53,472 bases of DNA from a virus (IMGVR_UViG_3300025930_000004:1-53472), one strand, 5' to 3'. Shown: positions 35,183 through 45,506, counted from the stretch's first letter. Notes: generated from the letters alone by a model not told the origin. Translations and numbers: made by a program.

Positions 35183-38100
35183 CGATTAGATACGTCCACC
35201 CAGGGACAGGCGCCAACACCGGCGCAGGGGGCACTGGCGCACCGTGGAACACGCTTGGCTATGCAGTGGGCGGCGCATCGGCCACAGCGCCCGGTGACAT
35301 TATCCGGCTGCGTGGCACCACCTACACGGAACGGGTTGTCTTTGGCGTCAGCGGCACCGCTGGCAACCCGATCACAATCGAGGCTGATACGGGTTACAGC
35401 CCGACCATCGAGGGTATCAGCACGCAGACGGGCATTATCGTGATGCCAAACGGTACGAAATACATCACATTTGGCGACGGAATCACCGTCTCCTATGGCC
35501 ACGCCGCACCGGGGGGAAATCACCGTTTCTCGCTGGTCGCCGTCACAGGCGTCGACAGCGAATTCGTCACCATTCTCAACCTGACGGTCCATCGTGACTA
35601 CTCAACCGACCTATCGGTATTGGCTGCATCCGTATGGCAGGAATTTGGCATCACGATCACGGACGCCACCGATTGCACGGTCGATAGCTGTACCGTTCGG
35701 GGCATCTGCAAAGGGATTAACCTCAACGACCAGTGTATGAGGGCGACGGTCAAAAATTGCCTGACCGAATACACCGTTCAAAGCGGCTGCGTCATTGGCT
35801 CCAGTGCAGGCGTCATCCGTGGCATCGTCATCTATCGCAACCGTTTCGGCTTGAGCGGCAGAGAGGACGGCTTACAGTTCATCCCGCCAAACGGCTTGAC
35901 GGATGCGCAGAAAGCGGCGGACGACAGCAACCAGGGCACGCTGCTGCTGTACAACGAAATATTTTTCAATGGCGAGGGCGGCTTCGATATGAAGTCCACC
36001 AAGCATGTGGTTATCGAGGGTAACATTCTGCACGGCATGGCCGGCAGCAATGACGGCTTTCACCCGACGCTAGGCCAAAACACCGGCAGCCCTGGCTGCA
36101 TCAATGCCGGGGCCAACACCAACAGCGAAGCGCCGGTGATCTTCCGCAACAATATCTTCTACGATTGCCAGAGCGGGCCATCTACCCGCATCGGCTGGAA
36201 ATTTCACAATAACACGATCCTCAACATGCGCCGCACCTGGGAAGGTACACCGGAACCGCTGGCGAAGGGCGTAGGCATCGGGCAGGCCCGCAGTTCCAAC
36301 CCGGCGCTTGGCGTGCGTAACAACATTTTCGCAGGCAACGCCGCAGATGCTGAACTGTTCGCCGGTCAGAACCAGCCCGGTAACGAATGCGACCTTGATT
36401 ACAACCTGTACGCCAGCGGTGCATGGAGTGATGCCACATCGGGCAACACCTACACGACGCTGGCGGCATGGCAGGGTCGATTAGCAGCAAACAACTGGCG
36501 CTATGGCAAGGACGGTCACAGTATCTACGTGGGCGGGGCAACCCCGACAGCCCGGCACAACGCCATCAAGTTCGTGAGCGTGACGGCCTACCCAACCGGC
36601 GACCCAGATGATTACGATTTCGGGATAGCGGATGACAGCCCGGCGAAGGGCACAGGCGGCTATCTATGCCGCATCACAGGCGGCGCAGGCTCAGGCACAG
36701 CCGTGCCCGTCGAGGATGCCAACTGGTTTGCCACCAACTACGGGCGAGACGATTACCAGGACGACCAGCGCATATTCTTCAACGGCCAGGAACGCACCAT
36801 CACGGCGGTCAACTATGCCACCAATACGCTCACAATCAACGCTACGGCCACCTGGGGCAACCTAGAGCCGATTTATCACGTATTCCCCGGCCAGGTCGCC
36901 AGCGCCACACCCGACATAGGGGCACTCAATTACCTGGAGGCAGACGGCGGGGGCACGCCGCCCCCACCGACAGCGGGCGGACCGGGCGGGCGGGCGTCTG
37001 TGCGGGGGGCGCTGATTACAACTACCGGCAACCAGACCTTTACCTTCGCCACGCCATTGACCGGCCAGCCTATCGCCTGGCGCTTCACGATTACTGAAGC
37101 CACCGCAGACGACAACGCAACGGATAACGCCGTCATCGGGCGTGGATGGGCCTGGGACAACGGGGGAACGATTGTACAGCACGCCTGGTCCACCCGTAGC
37201 AGGCACGGACAGGCCACCAGCGCCACCAGCGGACGCACCATCACAGATGGCTGTCTGATGCTCAACAACCCGACCAGTACGGCAATTGACGGCCAGGCGT
37301 CCTTTGTGTCTGGCGATGCCAACGGCGTGACCATCAATATCACCGACGCCTTTTCCGCCGGATTCCTGGTGACGATTACGGCATTTATGGCGACAAACGC
37401 CTATTTCAGCACATTCGCCATTCAGCAGACCGTAAATACCTACACCACCGTTACCCCTGGCTTCACTCCAAATTATATCGAGGTTGTCACGTTCAACCGA
37501 GCAATCCCGGCCACCACGGGCGGCGTGCGTATCTCGCACGGCTTCGCCACCTATGACGGGGCAACCATCACTCAGCAGTGTATGTACATCGGGGAACGCA
37601 CTACCTCCGCACCAAGCGAGGTGGTTGCTCATCTGCGCAATGACTATGTAGGCATCGAGGCGACTGACGGGGCGGCGGCGCTGACCAACGGGCTGCAAAT
37701 CAGCGACATGGGCAGCACTGATTTTCGCATTAACACGAAGGTCGCCAATCATACCCAGACTGACGCCGAAGGCTTTGTGTTCTGCCTCCTGTTCGACCAG
37801 GAGGTCTATTCAGGCGTCATCACCACACCCACAGCGACCAATAGCGCCTATGACTACGCCGTTGGCTTCGAGCCCGGCAGCGCCGATGTAATCGCCAGCA
37901 CGTTGACGGCTGTCAACACCGCAGATTCTACCGGGTTGGCGGGCGCTTATGCAGCCGGGTCGTGGGATGGCACCCTGCAATTTTCAGCCTCAATAGCCGA
38001 TGAGGATGCAGCGGCCACGACCAACACGCAGTCAAGGTCGGATGACAGGTTTGTCAACCTGGACAAGCACGATGGCTCGGCAGGCCACATAGCGACGGTG

Positions 38101-38562
38101 GTCGGCGCATCCGGCAACAATCTGCAACTCAATCATTCGACTGTGACCGGCTCGGCTAATAAGTGGATTTTGGTCGCCATCGGGCAGCCGTTCGTAGCCA
38201 CCGCGACGGCTGCATTCAGCGGCACGCCGTTGACAGGTATTCGCCCGGTCACCGTGGCCTTCACCGATGCGTCAACAGCAGACGGCACGACGATTACCAG
38301 CCGGGCTTGGGATTTTGGCGACGGGTCCACCAGCACCAGCACCAATCCTACCCACGAGTACACCACAGCCGGCAGCTACAGCGTGACCCTGACGGTCAGC
38401 GACGGCACGGCCACCAGCACGCTTGTCAAGTCCGATTACGTGGTAATCAGTGACCCACCGGACGCCACATTGCCGGTTACGTCGCTGGTGCTGGCAAGCG
38501 CCATTCCTGAACCGTTGCAGCCGTACAACGATGTCCTAGCAAGTGCGGAGGTGGTCCCGTGA
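35179..38562 (+). CDS. Tailspike-like protein: beta-helix domain plus C-terminal PKD domain
   Basis: YVHP..G.G....PWNTL..PGDIIRLRG; xxN ladders; WDFGDGSTSTSTNPTHEYTTAGSYSVTLTV. Confidence 0.85.
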   Translation: MTIRYVHPGTGANTGAGGTGAPWNTLGYAVGGASATAPGDIIRLRGTTYTERVVFGVSGTAGNPITIEADTGYSPTIEGISTQTGIIVMPNGTKYITFGDGITVSYGHAAPGGNHRFSLVAVTGVDSEFVTILNLTVHRDYSTDLSVLAASVWQEFGITITDATDCTVDSCTVRGICKGINLNDQCMRATVKNCLTEYTVQSGCVIGSSAGVIRGIVIYRNRFGLSGREDGLQFIPPNGLTDAQKAADDSNQGTLLLYNEIFFNGEGGFDMKSTKHVVIEGNILHGMAGSNDGFHPTLGQNTGSPGCINAGANTNSEAPVIFRNNIFYDCQSGPSTRIGWKFHNNTILNMRRTWEGTPEPLAKGVGIGQARSSNPALGVRNNIFAGNAADAELFAGQNQPGNECDLDYNLYASGAWSDATSGNTYTTLAAWQGRLAANNWRYGKDGHSIYVGGATPTARHNAIKFVSVTAYPTGDPDDYDFGIADDSPAKGTGGYLCRITGGAGSGTAVPVEDANWFATNYGRDDYQDDQRIFFNGQERTITAVNYATNTLTINATATWGNLEPIYHVFPGQVASATPDIGALNYLEADGGGTPPPPTAGGPGGRASVRGALITTTGNQTFTFATPLTGQPIAWRFTITEATADDNATDNAVIGRGWAWDNGGTIVQHAWSTRSRHGQATSATSGRTITDGCLMLNNPTSTAIDGQASFVSGDANGVTINITDAFSAGFLVTITAFMATNAYFSTFAIQQTVNTYTTVTPGFTPNYIEVVTFNRAIPATTGGVRISHGFATYDGATITQQCMYIGERTTSAPSEVVAHLRNDYVGIEATDGAAALTNGLQISDMGSTDFRINTKVANHTQTDAEGFVFCLLFDQEVYSGVITTPTATNSAYDYAVGFEPGSADVIASTLTAVNTADSTGLAGAYAAGSWDGTLQFSASIADEDAAATTNTQSRSDDRFVNLDKHDGSAGHIATVVGASGNNLQLNHSTVTGSANKWILVAIGQPFVATATAAFSGTPLTGIRPVTVAFTDASTADGTTITSRAWDFGDGSTSTSTNPTHEYTTAGSYSVTLTVSDGTATSTLVKSDYVVISDPPDATLPVTSLVLASAIPEPLQPYNDVLASAEVVP

Positions 38563-39269
38563 TACAGGGTGAGGGCTATACGCTATATCAGGGCGATTGT
38601 CTCAACGTGTTGCCGACCTTTCGGGATCGGCAATTTGACCTTGCTTTGACCGATCCGCCCTATGGCATAGGCGAATCAGCAGCACGAGTTGCGTCGCGAG
38701 TGAACCTCGCGACGCCCATTGATTATGGTGCGTTCAGTTGGGACAGTGAACCGGCCTCACCTGTAGCCATAGAGCATATCCGGCGCATATCTCAGAAGCA
38801 AATTATCTTTGGTGGCAATTACTTTGACCTTCCACCGTCAAAATGCTGGCTTGTATGGGACAAGCTAAATAGTGGCGATTTTGCCGATTGCGAACTGGCT
38901 TGGACGAATCTTGACAAGGCTGTTCGCATCTTTCGCCATATGTGGAATGGCATGTTGCGGGCGTCCGAACGTGACTGCAGGCGAGTCCATCCAACACAAA
39001 AGCCCGTCGCCTTGATGCGCTGGTGCATCGAACAGGCTGGACACCCGCAAACCATCATTGACCCATATATGGGTTCTGGCTCTGTGGGTATAGCGACAAT
39101 CCAGAGCGGTATTCATTTTGTTGGCATCGAAAAGGATGCACGTTACTTCGCCATCGCCCACAAACGCATTGCGGACGCAGCCAGAGCCGTCGCAGGGCTA
39201 CCCAAGCAGTTATCGGGCCGGGTTGAGGATTACAGCGAAAGCCCGCTATTCGCAGGAGTAACACCGTGA
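38559..39269 (+). CDS. N4/N6 DNA methyltransferase inserted in the tail module
   Basis: LYQGDCL, LTDPPYG, HPTQKPVALM, DPYMGSGS. Confidence 0.92.
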   Translation: MIQGEGYTLYQGDCLNVLPTFRDRQFDLALTDPPYGIGESAARVASRVNLATPIDYGAFSWDSEPASPVAIEHIRRISQKQIIFGGNYFDLPPSKCWLVWDKLNSGDFADCELAWTNLDKAVRIFRHMWNGMLRASERDCRRVHPTQKPVALMRWCIEQAGHPQTIIDPYMGSGSVGIATIQSGIHFVGIEKDARYFAIAHKRIADAARAVAGLPKQLSGRVEDYSESPLFAGVTP

Positions 39270-40051
39270 CCGACAATCGGATTCGCTGGAAGGGCCATAG
39301 TCAAGCCATTTCCGGCACGAATTACAAAATATATTCTGACAAGACGACGCCCAACGATTTCACCGGAACACCTGTTACACAGGCCGCCACCAGCCCCTAT
39401 GCGCCGGTCAACACGACGCTAGCAGAGAATATCCTGGCCGGGGCAACGTCTGTTCCGCTGGTCTCTGCAACCGGCTTCGCCAATGGGAATTACGGGAAAA
39501 TCGGGCGAGAGACTTTTCTGTTTGGCGGCTTGACCGGCGCTACCTTCGCCACCAGTCTGGGCGGGCAGCACAACACCATCAAACAGGACCACGCCGCCGG
39601 TACAGTGGTCTATAAAATGCACGAAACCTATCTCGATACCGGAGTCACTTACGGTACTCGCCATGTCATCCGCTATCGGGTGACGGCCACTATTGGCGGC
39701 GTTGAACTGGTAGCAGCTGAGGCTGTGACCGTAAAGCCATCGCTGCCAGATACGAATGACAAAATCGTCATCTGGGGCATTCAGGACAAGGCCTGGGGCG
39801 TGCCACACGCCGGGGCTGTAGTCACGCTCGGCATTGACAACCCATTCTCTTTTGCGCAGGGGCTGGCTGAAACGATTGACACCGCTACCCAGCAGGCCGT
39901 CACAGACGCATCGGGCTATTGGGAACTGACGGCGCATCGGGATATTGCCAGGGCTGGCGGCGGGTCGTTCGTGCTGACGATTGACAATGCGCGCTACGCC
40001 ATTGTAAGCCTGCCCGACCAGGACAATGTTTGCTACCTGGAGTGCATCTGA
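39266..40051 (+). CDS. Minor tail protein
   Basis: TTLAENILAGATSVPLVSATGF..HAAGTVV motif. Confidence 0.65.
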   Translation: MTDNRIRWKGHSQAISGTNYKIYSDKTTPNDFTGTPVTQAATSPYAPVNTTLAENILAGATSVPLVSATGFANGNYGKIGRETFLFGGLTGATFATSLGGQHNTIKQDHAAGTVVYKMHETYLDTGVTYGTRHVIRYRVTATIGGVELVAAEAVTVKPSLPDTNDKIVIWGIQDKAWGVPHAGAVVTLGIDNPFSFAQGLAETIDTATQQAVTDASGYWELTAHRDIARAGGGSFVLTIDNARYAIVSLPDQDNVCYLECI

Positions 40052-40054
40052 AAA

Positions 40055-40170
40055 GGGGTAGACAGTAGACGGTAGACAGTAGAAGGGGAACTGTATCATG
40101 TTGACAATCAAATTTCAACGTGGCGAAGCAACCCCCTACTACTGTCTACCTACTACCTACTACCCCCTAC
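40055..40170. repeat. Heptamer-flanked hairpin element, copy 3 (core inverted relative to copy 2)
   Basis: GTAGACAGTAGACGGTAGACAGTAG ... CTACTACTGTCTACCTACTACCTACTAC. Confidence 0.8.
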
Positions 40171-40182
40171 GAAAAGCGATTG

Positions 40183-42219
40183 ATGACGAATAACGACTTT
40201 TACATCCAACTAGATGACCTGACCCTGATCACCACCAACATGGTGGTCAAGGTCAAAAATTTTAGTTGGAACGTCACCGGCGGGCCGCACCTGGCGGAAG
40301 TAGAAATCACGGGGCCGGATGTCTGGTCGACACTGCATTGGCTTGCCAAGCGCATAGAGATTCGCAACCGCAATCAACGCCGGGTCTGGTGGGGCTTTGT
40401 CGAGGAGGTGTTCGTCAATGACGGCGTAAACAGTTACGGACTCTCGATTAAGGAGATGTTCAACCGGGTGCGAGTGGCCTACACCTACGAAGTATTTGGC
40501 GTGCCTACCAGCGGCACAACCACTTGGGCATTCAACCAGGCCGCAATAGATGCGATTGGTTTCATCAAAGAGAAAGAAGTCACTCAGGAAGTCAACGCAT
40601 CGCCAGAGATGGCGGCGGCTTACCGTGACAACATCTTGACGCAAGTCGCCAAGCCTGTGCCAGTCACCCGTTCCGGTTCGAGTAGGGGCAAAGAGCTTTC
40701 CGCTACGCTCTACCTGGCCGGTGATATCCACTCTTTTGAGTGGCGGCTTTATAGCCAATTAGCGGGCCTGGAGGCGAATCAACCAGATGGCGGGGGCGCT
40801 GACCAGCTAATTGGACAGGGCTTCACGTCCAGTCGGATAGGCTTCGTCCCGTCCGGTAAGATTAGCGCAATTGATGGCGAATTCACCAACTTTGTGAGCG
40901 GTAGCCAGGTACGGATAAGCAATGCTAGGGCGGGGGACAATAATGGTACATTTACCATTTCCTCGGTGGACAGCCGCCCGCCGATTGCTCAGGATATGAA
41001 CGTTGCCGGGTGGAATTTCGACCCGAACGACGATATAAAAAGCAACCCGACGCCCACCGACCTTGACGCCGACGACATTGACATTGACTCACTTTTGGAG
41101 ACCGACGATTACATTCGGATTAACAATGTGCCGCTCAATCCAGGCAATCGGGGCTTCTTCCGCATCCGTGAAACCGGCGAAAATGCCGTTGTCGTCATCA
41201 ACAAAACCATCGTTAGCGAAACGCCGCCGGTAGGTAGCATCCTCTATCGTGGCAACTACATCATGGTTGGCGACTCGCTTGTGCGGGAGTTTCCGCTGAA
41301 CAGCATCACGATTACCACAGTCGGCACACGGGTGGCGCAGCGGGTACTGAACGGCACCGGCAGCGCCTGGACGGTTGATGCTATTGAAATACCCATCCGC
41401 AGAGTCAACAGCCCGTCTGACAGTATCCGCCTGCTGTTCATGGCCGACAATGGCGGCACCCCTGGCACAGTGCTGGAGACGGTGGACATTGCCGGAACGG
41501 ACGTTAGCGACCAGGCCGGGAATACTGAACTGTTCAAGCTCTCCAATACCCGCACCTTCCAGCCCGGCGTCTATTTCTGGATTCATCTTCAGCGCACGGG
41601 CGCCCATGACCCTGGCAACTATTACGTGGTGGAGGTGGATGAGGACCAGGGCTACACACGGGGCAACCTGTTGGTGTGGGACGGAACCGGCTGGATAGCC
41701 CGCACGCCGCAGGCTGATCTCATCTTCCGCATGTTGGGCGCCGTGGAGACTACCAAGCAAATCGCCACACTGGTGGATGTGGTCGGGCAGCTTGTCGGAC
41801 AGACGGACATTCGAGTCACGACCGTGACCAGCAGCAATCAGTACAGGGACGGCACCACCTACGCTTACGATGAGCTAATGGGGCTGCTTGAGGCAGGGCG
41901 CACGGCAGCCGGGCGGCGCATCATTGCCGTCTGCACGGCTGACCGCTATTTGCGCATCACTGAGGCACCCATCAACACGGCCAAAAATTACTACTACACC
42001 AGGGACGGCGAATTCCGATTCTGGAATAATGGCAGCGCATTGGAGCCGGGTATCCTTCCGGTGGGTGAGTGGATTTGGATGGACGGACTACCGCCTGTGA
42101 TAGCTTCCGCATACCCGTTCTCTCCCAAGTTTTTGGAGGAGGCCGAGTACGACTGTGAGAGCGGAGAGATTCGCCCGACCTGGCAGGGTGAGAAGAATGT
42201 GTGGGAGTCGATGGGGTGA
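40183..42219 (+). CDS. Tail tip / hub-like minor tail protein
   Basis: RVWWGFVEEV..MFNRVRVAY; 678 aa; position. Confidence 0.65.
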   Translation: MTNNDFYIQLDDLTLITTNMVVKVKNFSWNVTGGPHLAEVEITGPDVWSTLHWLAKRIEIRNRNQRRVWWGFVEEVFVNDGVNSYGLSIKEMFNRVRVAYTYEVFGVPTSGTTTWAFNQAAIDAIGFIKEKEVTQEVNASPEMAAAYRDNILTQVAKPVPVTRSGSSRGKELSATLYLAGDIHSFEWRLYSQLAGLEANQPDGGGADQLIGQGFTSSRIGFVPSGKISAIDGEFTNFVSGSQVRISNARAGDNNGTFTISSVDSRPPIAQDMNVAGWNFDPNDDIKSNPTPTDLDADDIDIDSLLETDDYIRINNVPLNPGNRGFFRIRETGENAVVVINKTIVSETPPVGSILYRGNYIMVGDSLVREFPLNSITITTVGTRVAQRVLNGTGSAWTVDAIEIPIRRVNSPSDSIRLLFMADNGGTPGTVLETVDIAGTDVSDQAGNTELFKLSNTRTFQPGVYFWIHLQRTGAHDPGNYYVVEVDEDQGYTRGNLLVWDGTGWIARTPQADLIFRMLGAVETTKQIATLVDVVGQLVGQTDIRVTTVTSSNQYRDGTTYAYDELMGLLEAGRTAAGRRIIAVCTADRYLRITEAPINTAKNYYYTRDGEFRFWNNGSALEPGILPVGEWIWMDGLPPVIASAYPFSPKFLEEAEYDCESGEIRPTWQGEKNVWESMG

Positions 42220-42360
42220 ATCAGGGGGAAATCAGGGGTGAACTTTAGGGGTGAACTTGGGGTGAAGTTTAGCCCAAAAGGTGAAGTTTAAACTTCACCC
42301 CCCCCCTTGTTGCCTCAGGTGAATCATGGGTGAACTATGGGTGAACTATGGGTGAACTTT
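42213..42360. repeat. GGTGAA array (9 direct, 1 inverted) with central 20-bp palindrome
   Basis: GGTGAAGTTTAAACTTCACC at 42280-42299; ATGGGTGAACT x3 at 11-bp period. Confidence 0.85.
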
Positions 42361-42365
42361 AGAGA

Positions 42366-44816
42366 ATGACGACTCCGCAGCAAGACGCCGCCAAACTTAG
42401 ACCTATCTGGCTCAAGGACATCGAGCGGGCTATTGCTCGTGTGCCCACTATCCGCCAGTTGGTCGGCAGTTCCACCACCACCATAACGGGAGGCGGGGGG
42501 CTGGTGGCGCATGACCTGGGCGGCGCCTACCATACCGGCAATTTGGATTGGAACAGAGTCAACAAGGCCGGGTCGTCACTCTCCGATATTGCCACCCGGC
42601 CACACTCGGCACTCACCAATCTGACCAACGCTGATGACCACAGCCAGTATATGCACGTCCAGAATAGCCGCAACGTCACGGCCCGCCATACGTTCAACCC
42701 AACCACGACGAATTCACCGTTTATCATCGGCGCCAATGCCAGCGGGCAGCTCGTCACAGGGCTGAATGCGCAGTATGTGGGCGGTCAACTTGAGTCGGTA
42801 ATGATGCGCAAGTCGGCAAATTCCGACCTTGACATGAACGCTTTCACCATCACCAGTGACGACGATGACCTGCCCTATTCACTTGGCAAGCTAGTTATCA
42901 GCAACCAGTCCTATGGCGGCTTCGTGGGGCTGCGCCATAGGACGCTGGGGAGTGGGACAGGGAATTACATGCTGCTGGGCAGTGGCAGCGGGCAAACGTT
43001 CCTCAACGCCGCCACAGGGCAAAGCATTTACTTCCGCAATAACAACATAGACAAAATGTCGTTGGATACCGACTCGCTTGATTTTATGTCAGCGGTCGGT
43101 GTAGGTAGTGATGACTACGCCAGCCAGGTCAGCGGGTGGAAAATCACCTATGCGGGCGCAGGCGATTTCAGGTACATCTACACCGACGAGCTACACGCCA
43201 AAGCGTTCATTGCTGACCTGGAGCAAGCGCTTGCGGGTGGGCAGATTATCAGCAAGTCTGTTTCTATCCTTAGCCGAGACTTCACCGTGCCAGCGGCGGG
43301 CGCAGCGGCTACCCTGTATGTCAAGGATTTGCCAAGCGCCGCTAATATGTCCGTGTTTCAGTCGGGTGACATCATTCGCCTGCGCCAGTTCAGCCGGGCG
43401 AGTGGCAGCCTGAGTATTACCAACGCATGGGGCGTGGCCACCAGCTACACCGACCTGGCAAACGGTGAGCAGAGTTGGACATTTACCCGCTCATCAGCGC
43501 CCAACGCTGGGGCAATGACGGCAGGCGCTGTCATCAACAAAGACGCCATTGTGCTGGACTACGGCACAACGGGGAATGGGTTTTACGAAGTCAATGCCAT
43601 TGATGGGCTCTACGCTGTCAATAGCCCGTACAGTCAAATCGTCACCTGGACAACGCACCCATCGACCGGGCAGACGGTGATGGTGCGCACTGGCAACCTA
43701 ACCGGCATTGGCTTTACTGGTGAGTATGGTATGTATGCTCGAGGCGGCGCCGCTGGGCAGTATATCAAGGCGTCAGGGGCTGGGCTGCTCCTGCGTGGCG
43801 CCGACATTGACGGCTACAACGGCAGTACGCATACCGTCCACATTGACAGCGGCGACGGCTCCATGCAGCTAGGTGTGGACCTGGCCGACCTGGACGATGC
43901 AAGCCTACGCTTTTTCGGCTCGGCTGGCGACCTGCGCATCGGGGCGGTGGGAGTGGGCAAGGCGTCTTTGCTGTGGGATGAAAGCGCCGGGGAGTTGAGT
44001 TTAAGAAACAATATCACGAAGAAAATCATCTTCGACAATAGTGGCAACAGCTACTTTGCCGGCGTGATGACCATCGGCTCATCAGGGGAAATCAGGCAGG
44101 GCACCGGCACGCTGGGAACGAACTTTAGCGGCTTTCGGCTGCGCAACGTGTCAGGCATAGGACGCTTCAGCCTGCTCTCTGGCGACGACGAAGATGTGAT
44201 TCTCGACGATGACGGTATTGATTTGCAGGGTGATAGCGCAGGCGGCGGGGCGATGAGTCGTCAAATCAACTGGTGGGAAGATTTGAGCGTCCGCACAGGC
44301 GATCCGATGCTGTCTATCCAGGCTCGCAGCAATGGCGTGTTTTTCTCGAAAGACGCCACCATTATTGCACAGGGCACGACCGCCTACCCGAATAGTTTCA
44401 TCTATTTGCAGGCCAGGGACAGTACCGGCATAGGCGGCGTATCGCTGGCGCTTGACAGTGACGGCGGGATGGCGCTCAGTGGCGAACTAAGGCTATCCAG
44501 TAATGCGCCAAGCCTGGGCAGCGGATGGGCAGCACATGGCGGTGGCGACGTTACCCTGACCAGCTATCGGTTCGCTAACCTCGTTTGGGTGACAGGTATC
44601 ATTGACGGCAGTGGCACGCCAGCCACCACCATAGCCACGCTCTCGGCCGCCTACAGGCCCACAACCCGGCAGATAGCCCATGCTATGGTTCTGACCGGCG
44701 GCACAACCACGGCCAGACGGGTGGACATTGAAACCGATGGCGATGTCACGACGCAGAACTGGACGCCGGCGGCGGGCGATGTGGTAAGTTTCTGCATCAT
44801 GTACTTCATTACATAG
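42366..44816 (+). CDS. Tail fibre / receptor-binding protein
   Basis: HSALTNL..DDHSQY; Gly-rich; C-terminal YRFANLVWVTG..IATLSAAYRP domain. Confidence 0.8.
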   Translation: MTTPQQDAAKLRPIWLKDIERAIARVPTIRQLVGSSTTTITGGGGLVAHDLGGAYHTGNLDWNRVNKAGSSLSDIATRPHSALTNLTNADDHSQYMHVQNSRNVTARHTFNPTTTNSPFIIGANASGQLVTGLNAQYVGGQLESVMMRKSANSDLDMNAFTITSDDDDLPYSLGKLVISNQSYGGFVGLRHRTLGSGTGNYMLLGSGSGQTFLNAATGQSIYFRNNNIDKMSLDTDSLDFMSAVGVGSDDYASQVSGWKITYAGAGDFRYIYTDELHAKAFIADLEQALAGGQIISKSVSILSRDFTVPAAGAAATLYVKDLPSAANMSVFQSGDIIRLRQFSRASGSLSITNAWGVATSYTDLANGEQSWTFTRSSAPNAGAMTAGAVINKDAIVLDYGTTGNGFYEVNAIDGLYAVNSPYSQIVTWTTHPSTGQTVMVRTGNLTGIGFTGEYGMYARGGAAGQYIKASGAGLLLRGADIDGYNGSTHTVHIDSGDGSMQLGVDLADLDDASLRFFGSAGDLRIGAVGVGKASLLWDESAGELSLRNNITKKIIFDNSGNSYFAGVMTIGSSGEIRQGTGTLGTNFSGFRLRNVSGIGRFSLLSGDDEDVILDDDGIDLQGDSAGGGAMSRQINWWEDLSVRTGDPMLSIQARSNGVFFSKDATIIAQGTTAYPNSFIYLQARDSTGIGGVSLALDSDGGMALSGELRLSSNAPSLGSGWAAHGGGDVTLTSYRFANLVWVTGIIDGSGTPATTIATLSAAYRPTTRQIAHAMVLTGGTTTARRVDIETDGDVTTQNWTPAAGDVVSFCIMYFIT

Positions 44817-44822
44817 GGGACT

Positions 44823-45032
44823 ATGAGCAAAGCGCAATTGGCTAGACTATTGGAGAGTATCAACCAAGAGGGCGCCAGCCTAGACTATCGGCGGCTGGCT
44901 TTGGAGCGTCAAATTGTGGAAGTGCAGGCGGAAATCGGCGCCGTCCGGCTGAAGATGGCAAGTCTGCAAGGGCAAGCCGACTTGCTGGCGCAGTTGATGG
45001 AAGGCGAGGGGGACGAAAAGCCCGGCGTGTGA
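44823..45032 (+). CDS. Coiled-coil protein (fibre chaperone-like)
   Basis: Heptad pattern; last rightward gene. Confidence 0.65.
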   Translation: MSKAQLARLLESINQEGASLDYRRLALERQIVEVQAEIGAVRLKMASLQGQADLLAQLMEGEGDEKPGV

Positions 45033-45048
45033 GGCCGGGCCGGGTTGA

Positions 45049-45273
45049 TTAATACCCTGCGCTCTGTAGCGCACGCTTGGCTGCACCCAGCGACCCGAAC
45101 GACTCCGAGGCATACTTGACTCCCGCCTCAGTATTGGGCGCAACGGTTGACCCCCATTCGACTTGTCCGCTCTGCACTGTTAGACGATGCGGCCAAAATT
45201 TGCCGTCCATTTCTGCGACCCGATTCTTTCTACCCGAATAGACTTGTGATTCCTGCTCAAAAACAATGTTCAT
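45049..45273 (-). CDS. Hypothetical protein
   Basis: AGGAGG RBS before ATG 45273. Confidence 0.65.
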   Translation of the reverse strand: MNIVFEQESQVYSGRKNRVAEMDGKFWPHRLTVQSGQVEWGSTVAPNTEAGVKYASESFGSLGAAKRALQSAGY

Positions 45274-45341
45274 CGGTGTATCCTCCTGTTGAACGACTGA
45301 CTGTCCTAATTCCATTATACTGACCAGTTGGAAAATTGTCT

Positions 45342-45503
45342 CTACGTGAACCACGCCAGCAGCCACGCAATAACCTGCATGACGGCGAAAAACATCAGCC
45401 CTGGCACGATGTAGCCTAGCAGGTATTGCAGCCAGGGCGGTCTGCTAGGCTTCGGTTTGGACGGGGTAGGCACAGTGTAGAATCCGAATGGTCCATCTGC
45501 CAT
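45342..45503 (-). CDS. Small single-TM protein
   Basis: GGAGG RBS; 53 aa. Confidence 0.6.
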   Translation of the reverse strand: MADGPFGFYTVPTPSKPKPSRPPWLQYLLGYIVPGLMFFAVMQVIAWLLAWFT

Positions 45504-45506
45504 AGT

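Noticed and set aside
42213-42360. CRISPR mini-array
   Set aside because: Repeat units are 6-11 bp with no unique spacers of 25-45 bp
42366-44816. Diversity-generating retroelement acting on the tail fibre
   Set aside because: No reverse transcriptase ORF and no adenine-variant template repeat seen
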